A model generated the notes under the pieces. It did no database searches. It saw only the letters and a list, made by a program, of their open reading frames with translations, and was not told the DNA's origin. A stretch of DNA of 64,000 nt from Eledone cirrhosa (Eukaryota), in the NCBI GenBank assembly GCA_964016885.1, contig OZ024760.1, forward strand, positions 14,260,001 through 14,324,000, read 5' to 3'. Position 1 is the first letter of the stretch; every line of letters begins with the position of its first letter. Position numbers and translations under genes: made by a program. Shown here piece after piece: positions 54,165-64,000 of the stretch.

Positions 54165-54907
54165 GTCTTTGTTTCATAAATTCCGAACTTGCATGCTACA
54201 CCGTTCATCCAATTTTCATGAAACCTCACACATATATAAAACTCAACGCGTAGAGTGGAATAGGCTACTTGAAATTTTCGAAAAATCGATAATCGGGCCC
54301 TATGACAGAATGTTTTTCGATTCCAATGAAATTTTATGTGAATTCGAACACAAGAACTCTTAGTTTACATCTGTCGCAATAAAAATAAATTTCATATGCC
54401 CATATAAGGACGTGCGTTATTGATTGAACGGCCAGCTGTCTCAGTAAACGACCGACCATTAAAGAGTTTATCTTTTCATATTCCACCTTATTCAAGTGTA
54501 AATACAGTATTATCCCTATCTGAAAAGGGAACCAAATTTAATGGTGTCTTTTGTGATGCTAAAAGCTGTGAGTAAATTTTCAAACAGTCTTAATCTTTGT
54601 ACGGTTGTACATTTGACAATGTCGCAAAACATTATTCCACTTGATTCTTACCTTTCAGCTATGAATTGGGCAGTGCCTTAAAATCCCGTTTTATTTGCGT
54701 GCAATTTTTTTGTATCTTATGTATGGAGAATCGAAAACCCTTTTTCTCATAACCTGATACATGCGTTACACATGCTCCATGGATGTTTGTGGACTATTTT
54801 TTCAAAATACCAATATCACAGATTGGAGCACAAAAGGAAACGCTTGTTCTTCATTTATTTAAATCCAGCGCCTTATAAACCCGTGTGTATCCGGGTACAC
54901 TAGCTAG
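54165..54907 (+). mobile_element. Non-autonomous Helitron-like element
   Basis: 3' hairpin ACCCG-tgtgtatc-CGGGT then ACACTAGCTAG; 5' region ACACCGTTCATCCAATTTTCATGAAAC is typical of non-autonomous Helitrons; 5' boundary uncertain. Confidence 0.6.
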
Positions 54908-54984
54908 AAAGAGAAATGGAAACATTGATTCCTCGGTCCGATTTGACGAAAGTAGATTTAGTTCCACAGCAAATTAACAAACCA

Positions 54985-55588
54985 TACTTGAAGACACGTT
55001 GAGGCGGTTGCAAAGGGCAATAACCCTAGATACAATTTTGATCAACTTTTTTTCACCTATAGCAAATTTACCGGGACAGGTTTTTAGCTACTCAAATCTA
55101 CTTAAGACATCACGCATTGATGTAAAAAATCAATAAAACTGAAGCGGGGCTCGACTTTGCGCAAAAAAACAAGGCAAAGTTACACATGGGAAAACTTTTT
55201 ACAGGAACGTCCGATATTCTTGAAAACTGTCACAAAAGACTCGCCATTATGCCGCGGTTAAGATAAAGGCCCTTTTAATTCTTCTTCTGCACATGTGAGC
55301 GCAAAAATAGTAAAAAAAAAAAAAACCCTGAAAAAAATGTTCACCCTGCTTTAAATTAACTGAACATTCAATATCAAGCGATTTTGACTTCCGTCAGTCG
55401 TGCAGAGAACAATTTCAACGATACACTGTGTAACTACAATTAATAAATTACACAACTGCGTCTACTAACCTAATTTTTTTCATTGAAGTTCGAAGTTTTG
55501 AACCTGTGATGCGCGGGAAGTAACTTTCACACATTCTAACAGACCAAAGGACGACTTACACCCGGGCAACGCCGGGTACTTCTGCTAG
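54985..55588 (+). mobile_element. Non-autonomous Helitron-like element
   Basis: Canonical 3' end CCCGG-gcaacg-CCGGG-tacttctg-CTAG|T; 5' boundary uncertain. Confidence 0.72.
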
Positions 55589-55847
55589 TATATATATATA
55601 TATAAATAAATATATATATATATAAATAAATATATATATAAATATAAATAAATAAATATATATATACATATATATAAATATGTATATATATATGTATATA
55701 TATGTTTATATATGTATATATATAAATATAAATAAATATATATATATATATACATATATATATAAATATGTATATATATATATATAAATAAATATATATA
55801 TATATATATATAAATAAATATATATATATATATATATACATATATAA

Positions 55848-55889
<42 letters not shown>

Positions 55890-56188
55890 TCTGGTATGGC
55901 TGCAGTCCAATGACTGAAAGCCAGTAAAAGAATGGAAGCATAGGAGGGGGGAGAGGAAGGAAGAGGGAGGGGAGAAGACAGTGTAACACAAAAACCAAGA
56001 TATGATTGAAAGGAACTGACATATACACATATTCAGAATACATCATACACACATACACATGCATAGAAACACATATACGTATGATGACATACATTCATAA
56101 TACAAGCATAAGCGCATACATATAATACAAGCATATACTTACTCATACACATTCTTAATATATGCGCATGCACATATACATACATAGA

Positions 56189-56228
<40 letters not shown>

Positions 56229-56309
56229 CACAGCAGATATATATATATACAAACATTCACACACACGCACACATATATATATATATATATGCACATATAT
56301 ACAAACACT

Positions 56310-56351
<42 letters not shown>

Positions 56352-56437
56352 TATAGACATATATATATATACAAACAAACACACTCATATACATATATAT
56401 ATATGCACATATAGACATATATATACAAACAAACACA

Positions 56438-56489
<52 letters not shown>

Positions 56490-57221
56490 TATATATGCAC
56501 ATATAAACATATATATACAAACACACTCATATATATATATATATGCACATATAGACATATATATACAAACAGACACTCATATATTTATATATATATATAT
56601 ATGCACATATAGACATATATATACAGACACTCATATATATATATATATATATGCACATATAGACATATATATACAAACAGACACTCATATTTATATATAT
56701 ATGCACATATAGACATATATATACAAACAGACACTCATATTTATATATATATGCACATATAGACATATATATACAATCACACACACATATATATATATAC
56801 ATACACACATGCCTTCTACTATGACGAAAACAATAGCAGTAAAGAATTTTCACTGAAGTCTCATCACCCCAACTCCCACACCACCACGACCCCCAACCCC
56901 CTCATACACACACCAACACCACCACCCCACCATCAACCCCAGTTTGTACCCTCCATTTGTTACATTCCACTGCATCAAGCCCTTTCTCTCTCCCTACCCC
57001 CCCCCCCCTATTGCACACCGCTGCACAACAAAGAACTGCACTGCAATTCCATCTGCACACTCACTCACTTGACTGCAATGGAAGAGGGAGAGTGAAAATA
57101 CATAACAACCTCTTCTCCCTTACTTTATTTTAGTCTATCTATGTATCTATCATGTCTGTCTGTCTAAGACGAAGAAACCGTCGCGCACGCATTCATACAC
57201 TGCCCGGGAGTTACCGACCTG

Positions 57222-57318
57222 TGGGGCTATGTAGAACGACTATTGTCACGGGTGGGACTAATCAGGTTGACCACCTGATTGGTACCATCCGCGACAATAG
57301 TCGTTCTACATAGCCCCA
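57222..57318. other. 97-nt hairpin (46-bp stem, 5-nt loop)
   Basis: TGGGGCTATGTAGAACGACTATTGTC...AATCAGGT-tgacc-ACCTGATT...GACAATAGTCGTTCTACATAGCCCCA; 4 non-Watson-Crick pairs. Confidence 0.85.
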
Positions 57319-57377
57319 GAGAGAGAGAGAGATGGAGAGATGGAGAGAGAAGGGGAGGGAGAAGGAGAGAGATGGAG

Positions 57378-57876
57378 AGCCGCCACCCTCCTTCAAAAAC
57401 GAAGGAGATGCGGTTTTCCTTTGTGTAATAGCTATGGTGAAAGAGGTTGTATGGTGGACGAGGTTGAAAGGGCTGAGATCAGACACCTTTCTCTCCGGCC
57501 AACAACTGATTCTTTTTTTCAAATACCATTTTAGAAGAAGAATCAGGGTGGAGAGAGAGGTGCTGTACCCCAACAAGTTTTATGAAAGGTGGGTGAAAGT
57601 GGCGAGAATGGCCCGAGTGAATGGGCCTTCTCTCTATATCAGCCTGTAGGTTGAGGGAAGAGAAGAAAGGGGTACAAACTCTTCGTACTCCTGGAGATGA
57701 GGGTTGCACATTTTTTCGGGGGTATGTGTTACCCATATGAAATGTCTCCCCCTATTGGGGAAAATCGATTAATTTTTAAATTGCATTTGTGATAGCATTT
57801 TACATGTTTTTATTGTATGTAAACTTCCCCCTTTGTATTTGTCCCCTTCTTTTGTGTCCCTGTGGCTAATAAAGAA
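57378..57876 (+). mobile_element. Tx1/L1-type LINE 3' end
   Basis: VKEVVWWTRLK...FKYHFRRRIRVEREVL...FYERWVKV resembles a Tx1-type ORF2 C-terminus; 3' end TGTCCCTGTGGCTAATAAAGAA plus microsatellite; similar end at ~18045-18090(-). Confidence 0.65.
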
Positions 57877-57879
57877 ACA

Positions 57880-58190
57880 TATCTATCTACACCTCTCTAT
57901 CTGTCTATCTACACCTCTATCTGTCTATCTACACCTCTCTATCTGTCTGTCTGTCTACACCTCTCTATCTGTCTATCTATCTACACCCCTCTATCTGTCT
58001 ATCTATCTACACCTCTCTATCTGTCTGTCTGTCTACACCTCTCTATCTGTCTGTCTGTCTACACCTCTCTATCTGTCTATCTATCTACACCTCTCTATCT
58101 GTCTATCTATCTACACCTCTCTATCTGTCTATCTATCTACACCTCTCTATCTGTCTATCTATCTACACCTCTCTATCTGTCTGTCTGTCT
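57880..58190 (+). repeat. ~28-bp microsatellite-derived tandem repeat
   Basis: CTACACCTCTCTATCTGTCTATCTAT units. Confidence 0.9.
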
Positions 58191-58593
58191 AAACCTCACA
58201 CTAGAGATGACTGATGAAGGAAGGGGTGAGAAACTATAGAAGTCCGGCGCCGGGAAATATGGTGTTTTTCTTAAGAACACACCACACCATTCGGTCCAAG
58301 AATGAAACCTATGACATTACAATTGTAAGTCCAACACTCTTTACTAAGCCACCGGAAAATCCTGGAAGAGCTAGCACCAAACTGGACGCCACCCTCCTCA
58401 TCGAGAGCAAGGACCAGATACTGCTATAGCTTCATGTTGGGGGGCTCCTAATTCTTTAATATGTTCGGTAGCAAAATAAAATAGGAAACCACTGTCTTAG
58501 ATGGTAAGGTCTGCTGGATTAGAACTAATTTGGAGAAGGGTTATTAAACCGTGAACCTATAAATTATATATGTATATTCTCCTTGGTTGTTTC

Positions 58594-58637
<44 letters not shown>

Positions 58638-59187
58638 CTGCCTGGCTCTCTCTCTCTCTCTTCCCGTCCGTCTCTCTCTCTTTCTCTCTCTCCCTCTCTC
58701 TCTGCCCGTCCGTCTCTCTCTCTCTCTCTCTCTGCCCGTCTGTCTCTCTCTCTCTCTATCAGTTGACGTGTCTGTTTGGCAATATGTTTATCTATCTGTC
58801 CATTCCACTATTTATCTATTTCCACTGATCTGTGAACCAATGTCCTCTCTTTCTCTCTAGCTATCTGTCACATTCTCTCTCTATTCCTCCCATCAAATTG
58901 TCATAATCTAAGCCACTGGTCTATTTCTTTCGTTATCTGTCACTTCCAATGTTCCACCAACAACATATTTCACACACACTCTTTTTCTCTCATTCTCTCT
59001 CTCTCTCTCTCTCTGTATCTATCTATCTGTATTTCTCTTTGGTAAATCTTTGACAATATTTATTGCACTTCCGATGTTGGTATTTTTTCAAAAGACCATC
59101 TTTAAGATGTCCTTAAAGATCAGCTTCAAGATGCTCTCTCTCTCTCTCACTCTCTCTCTGTATATATATATAGTAATAATAATAATA

Positions 59188-59342
59188 ATAATTGTTTCTA
59201 CTTTTGGTACAAGGCCAGCAATTACCCATTGCATTACTGGTACTTTATTTTATCGACCCCGTAAGGATGAAAGGCAAAGTTAACCTCGGCGGGATTTGAA
59301 CTCAGAATGCATGACGTCCAACCCTCTACCGATACTGCCAAA
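59188..59342 (-). mobile_element. SINE family A with internal deletion
   Basis: Reverse complement; lacks part of the tRNA-derived region. Confidence 0.82.
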
Positions 59343-59389
59343 TAATAATAATAATGTGTGAAGACTAAAATTCGAAGAGGGTTCGATAA

Positions 59390-59441
<52 letters not shown>

Positions 59442-59445
<4 letters not shown>

Positions 59446-59489
59446 GAAGTGGAAAAGGAAGACAATCGCGAGTCGCAATATATAAATAC

Positions 59490-59521
<32 letters not shown>

Positions 59522-59565
59522 TTATATATTGCGACTCGCGATTGTCTTCCTTTTCCGCTTCGTGT
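59442..59565. repeat. ~50-bp inverted repeat centred on (TA)n
   Basis: ACACGAAGTGGAAAAGGAAGACAATCGCGAGTCGCAATATATAAATACA and its reverse complement, 1 mismatch. Confidence 0.9.
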
Positions 59566-60008
59566 CACTATGATATTTCCTCAGTCTAAAGACTGCTGGA
59601 ATTTCAAATTTGGCGGTCATTCGATGCGTGGACGGATAACTTAGCGGACACGAAAAATAACTGCGGTAAGAAATTTTTTCTTATATCAAAGTTTAATGTG
59701 CATCCACTGATGATTTATAAGTACCCACCTGCATATATTCTTACAGGAAAATATGTTAGGCTTCTACATAAACTGGAAACATTCTCCCAACTTGTAGAAA
59801 ACTTATAATGAAACAATTGTTTGGAAAGAGAGATATATTTTAATATTAATTATATCTCATATAAAATAATACAACTGGCTTTCCACATAATACTTATAGG
59901 TAGCACCCCAAACACTAAATTGGGATTATACTAACCTATATCCTAATGTTTGTTGAGTGAGATGGTTACCAGTCGGAGTTTAGCTTAAAGCTTTCTCTGT
60001 TATTGTAT

Positions 60009-60042
<34 letters not shown>

Positions 60043-60207
60043 TGGTAGATTCTACATTGGAACTAATATAATGGTCTATAAGGTATAGTTCTCTTCTCAA
60101 TTCATCTATCTGTCTATTTCAACCACCACCACCACCTATATCTATCAGTCTGTCTGTCTATCTGTCTGTCTGTTTCCACCACCACCACCTATATCTGTCA
60201 CTATAAT

Positions 60208-60387
60208 TTTTTCTACTTTAGGCACAAGGCCAGCAATTACCCAGTACATTACTGGTACTTTATTTTATCGACCCCGTAAGGATGAAAGGCAAAGTTAACC
60301 TCGGCGGGATTTGAACTCAGTTCGTAAAGGGAAGTAACTATACTGGAAAGCATGTCCAACATCTACTGATACTGCCAATACACCGCC
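60208..60387 (-). mobile_element. SINE family A with 13-bp TSD
   Basis: CTGTCACTATAAT at 60195-60207 and 60388-60400. Confidence 0.9.
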
Positions 60388-60690
60388 CTGTCACTATAAT
60401 ACTATGTAATATCTATTAGTCTGTCTGTCTGTCTGTCCATCTGTTTCCACCTCCACCAGTATGTATCACTCTCATACTCAGTAATATCTATATATCAGTA
60501 TGTCTGTCCATCTATATCCTCCACCACCACCACCTGTGTATCTATCATTCATCTCCACCACCACCCGTATATCAATCATCCACCACCACCACCACCTGTA
60601 TATCATCCACCACCACCACCATCACTATATCATTCATCCACCACCACCACCATCTGTATATCATCACCACCACCACCACCATCTGTATAT

Positions 60691-61038
60691 CATCACCACT
60701 ACCACCACCATCTGTATATCATCCACCATCACCACCACCATCTGTATATCATCCACCATCACCACCACCATCTGTATATCATCCACCATCACCACCACCA
60801 TCTGTATATCATCCACCATCACCACCACCATCTGTATATCATCCACCATCACCACCACCATCTGTATATCATCCACCATCACCACCACCATCTGTATATC
60901 ATCCACCATCACCACCACCATCTGTATATCATCCACCATCACCACCACCATCTGTATATCATCCACCATCACCACCACCATCTGTATATCATCCACCATC
61001 ACCACCACCATCTGTATATCATCCACCATCACCACCAC
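60691..61038 (+). repeat. Near-perfect 30-bp minisatellite x~11
   Basis: ATCCACCATCACCACCACCATCTGTATATC. Confidence 0.95.
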
Positions 61039-61763
61039 TTAACTATGGGTCAATGGCTTATTTCATCCTATCATTTTCTTCTCTCGCTCAATCAGTTTGT
61101 CAACAATACATCTCACCCTCCTCTTTCAGTACTAGACTTCTCTCCCTTCTACTTCTGTTAACATTTAACCAAAATTAGCCCCCCCCCCCCTCTCTCGTTA
61201 TTTGTGTGCGTGCGTGCGCGTTCACACACTTATCTCTCGCCACTTCCAGTATTTCAACACACAATACATATCGACCAATTCACCAATGATTTATTATACG
61301 TATTGCACTATCTGTTACAATAACACTTCACACACATGTATATGTGTATATATAGATACACACACACACACACACACATAGATATACACACACACACATA
61401 CACACATTATATAATATATACACATACATACATACCCACATACATTATACATATATATATATACACACATTATACATATATATACACATTATACATATAT
61501 ATACACATACATTATACATATACACATATATATATATACATACACACATACATATATATACATACACACATACATTATACATATATATACATATACACAT
61601 ATACACATACATTATACATATATATGCATATATTATACATATATATGCATATATTATACATATATATGCATATACACATACATTATACATATATATGCAT
61701 ATACACATACATTATACATATATATGCATATACACATACATATATATATACATATATACATAT

Positions 61764-62211
61764 ACTAGACCTGAAAAATGCGCAAGCTCAAAAGAGCCAC
61801 AGAATGTTATAATAAACCTTCAAAAGTGTGGGACTAGAGTTGTTGCTCAAAAATATTGTAATCATTATCTATCGTACACGCTGTGGCATCCTTTTATAAA
61901 AAAGAGACTCATAACGAACTCAAGACGACACGATAATGATTTAAGCTAATGTTCAATATCTCATATTAGATGTTTAGTAATGATTAATACGAAATGCACT
62001 TAAACCGAATTCTATATTATCAATTCACTTAAATAATTATCGTGTCGTCTTGAGTTCGTTATGAGTCTCTTTTTTTTATAAAAGGATGCCACAGAGTGTA
62101 CGATAGATAATGATTACAATATTTTTGAGCAACAACTCTAGTCCCACACTTTTGAAGGTTTATTATAACATTCTGTGGCTCTTTTGGGGTTGCGCATTTT
62201 TCAGGTCTAGT
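61764..62211. mobile_element. Foldback/MITE-like element, ~182-bp arms, ~82-bp spacer
   Basis: ACTAGACCTGAAAAATGCGCAA... / ...TTGCGCATTTTTCAGGTCTAGT; arms nearly identical. Confidence 0.8.
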
Positions 62212-63180
62212 TTAATATTTTTTTAAGGCAACGCTTGTAATAACTCTAGTTAAACATGATATATATTAATAATAAATTATCGTTGTAATGTAATTAGATT
62301 ATATAATTGTTATTTTATAAATGATCTTATAAATATTATTGTAAGATGTATAAAAATATTTTCAGACTTTTAATATAAACAACTACGAAAAACAATCAAT
62401 ATTAAATAAATATATTTTTCATAATAATTGTTATAGTTGAATTAATAAAAATTAAATATTACATACAAATAGTCTAACATAATAATAAAAAAAATAATCT
62501 AACATAATAATAATAAAATAATCTAACATAAAACGAACCATAATATGGACATATATACAAGTAAATATGATACAACCAATATTCTAAGCATGTTATAACG
62601 AACTGAAAAAAAAATAGTTAATATAAATTTTAAAAATCATATAGAAATTAACAATATAACTTATCAAAACGAGAAAAATATTTTGATGATAAAATGACAA
62701 AATACGGGAGAGAGATTCGAAAGCGAAACGATAAATAAACGTGCAAACAAAACGCTTTTGGGCAACAATTACTCTCGTTGATTGATTAGCCAATAAGACG
62801 ATGAAATTAGCCAATAAGACGATACATTACAAAACATGTTTGGAAGGAATCGCCACGGCCAGCGATACCCCTTGAATCTTTTATTCACAAGCTACGCATA
62901 TATTGTCAGACAACATGCAGACTTAAAACATTCTGTTGTTAGTCACTGCGTGTCTAACAGATACAGTGGAGGACTAGGTCTAAAAATATTGGTTGCCAGG
63001 AGATGAATGGGGCCCACCTACATATAGAATGCTATCATTTAATTTTTATAATGAATAAATAACATTTTCGAAAAATACATAGGTAGAAACAAAACAGTGC
63101 AATCAAATTTTTGCGGGAAAATATCTTACCTTCTCCAATAAAAAATATTATGTATTTTGCGAAATCCAGAGACTTTCAAT

Positions 63181-63654
63181 AATGACCAGAAGTCGACCCT
63201 AAATATTACTAATAACTCTAGGAAAGCCATGAACAACACAACATCTTTTTAACTTTGATTTTGAAAGTAGGTTTATAATTATCAATTTTCATTATACTTT
63301 TGTAGTTGTCTCGGCGGTCTAGCTGGAGGAACCATAGACGGTGGTGATCGTGGTCTGAAGTTCGATCCTGGTCGGGAGTAGGGTTCCCAGTAAACCTTTT
63401 CATTTTTTTCTCTATGGGTTGTAAAATAAAAACTGAAAAAAGGTTACATGTACCTCTTGACCAGGATTGAACCCAACGCCAGAATCTCCACCGTCTCTAG
63501 TTCCTACCGCTAGGCTAATGAGACAACTACGAAAATCTTATGAAAATTCATACTTATAAACAAACTTTCAAAATGTTCAAAACAAAGTGTTGTGGTTTCG
63601 TTCATGCCTTTCTTAACGTTATTGCTCCTACTTAAGGTCGACTTCTAAATCATT
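63181..63654. mobile_element. Diverged foldback element with two inward-facing tRNA-like cassettes
   Basis: AATGACCAGAAGTCGACC... vs ...GGTCGACTTCTAAATCATT; arms alignable over ~220 bp; tRNA-like units at 63309-63377(+) and 63454-63523(-). Confidence 0.7.
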
Positions 63655-63816
63655 TGGGAGTTCCATAAACTACATCCTCGTTTTGTTTCACATCTATCGA
63701 GACTACATTTTAACCTGTAATCCATGTTTCATTTCTGTTCCACCCCATTTCTGCCCCTCCTCCATTACTAATTGATTTGACAGATGTCTTTAACCCATTG
63801 ATAGCAAATATTATTT

Positions 63817-63990
63817 GGATTGTCAGTATCGGTAGAGGGTCGGACGCCATGCTTTGCAGCAAAGAGTTACGGCCCTTTATCCCGCCGAGGTTAACTTTGC
63901 CTTTCATCCTTACGGGGTCGATAAAATAAAGTATCAGTGGTGCACTGGCATAATTGCTGGCCTTGTGCCAAAAGTAGAAACAATTATTTG
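63817..63990 (+). mobile_element. SINE family A lacking its B-box
   Basis: Family A match, with the segment around GAGTTCAAA missing between CCCTTTA and TCCCGCC. Confidence 0.85.
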
Positions 63991-64000
63991 GTCAGTATTT

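Noticed and set aside
58208-58245. CTGATGA...GAAACTATAG
   Set aside because: No stem II and no valid cleavage triplet

Overview
AT-rich eukaryotic (animal) non-coding DNA, intergenic or deep intronic. The microsatellite load and SINE/MITE families resemble octopus/coleoid cephalopod genomes (inference from repeat style, not from a search). I found no supportable intact protein-coding gene; almost all listed ORFs are artefacts of (TA)n, (CA)n, (GA)n and (CAT/CAC)n repeats. The non-simple sequence is a patchwork of mobile DNA: at least four SINE families, two TTAA-flanked piggyBac-type MITE families, Tc1/mariner mini-MITEs, Helitron-like elements, and decayed LINE ends (RTE, CR1/L2-type, Tx1/L1-type, R4/Dong-type). 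Two signals stand out. (1) About eight dispersed minimal hammerhead-ribozyme motifs (CUGANGA-stem II-GAAA-short, often palindromic, stem III-NUH) sit in short islands between microsatellites, often with inverted duplications, as expected for Penelope-like or retrozyme-type elements. (2) A ~470 bp foldback element at 63.2-63.7 kb carries two inward-facing tRNA-like Pol III cassettes, each with its own T-run terminator. Many long palindromes and hairpins are also present. All coordinates were read by eye and may be off by a few bases.
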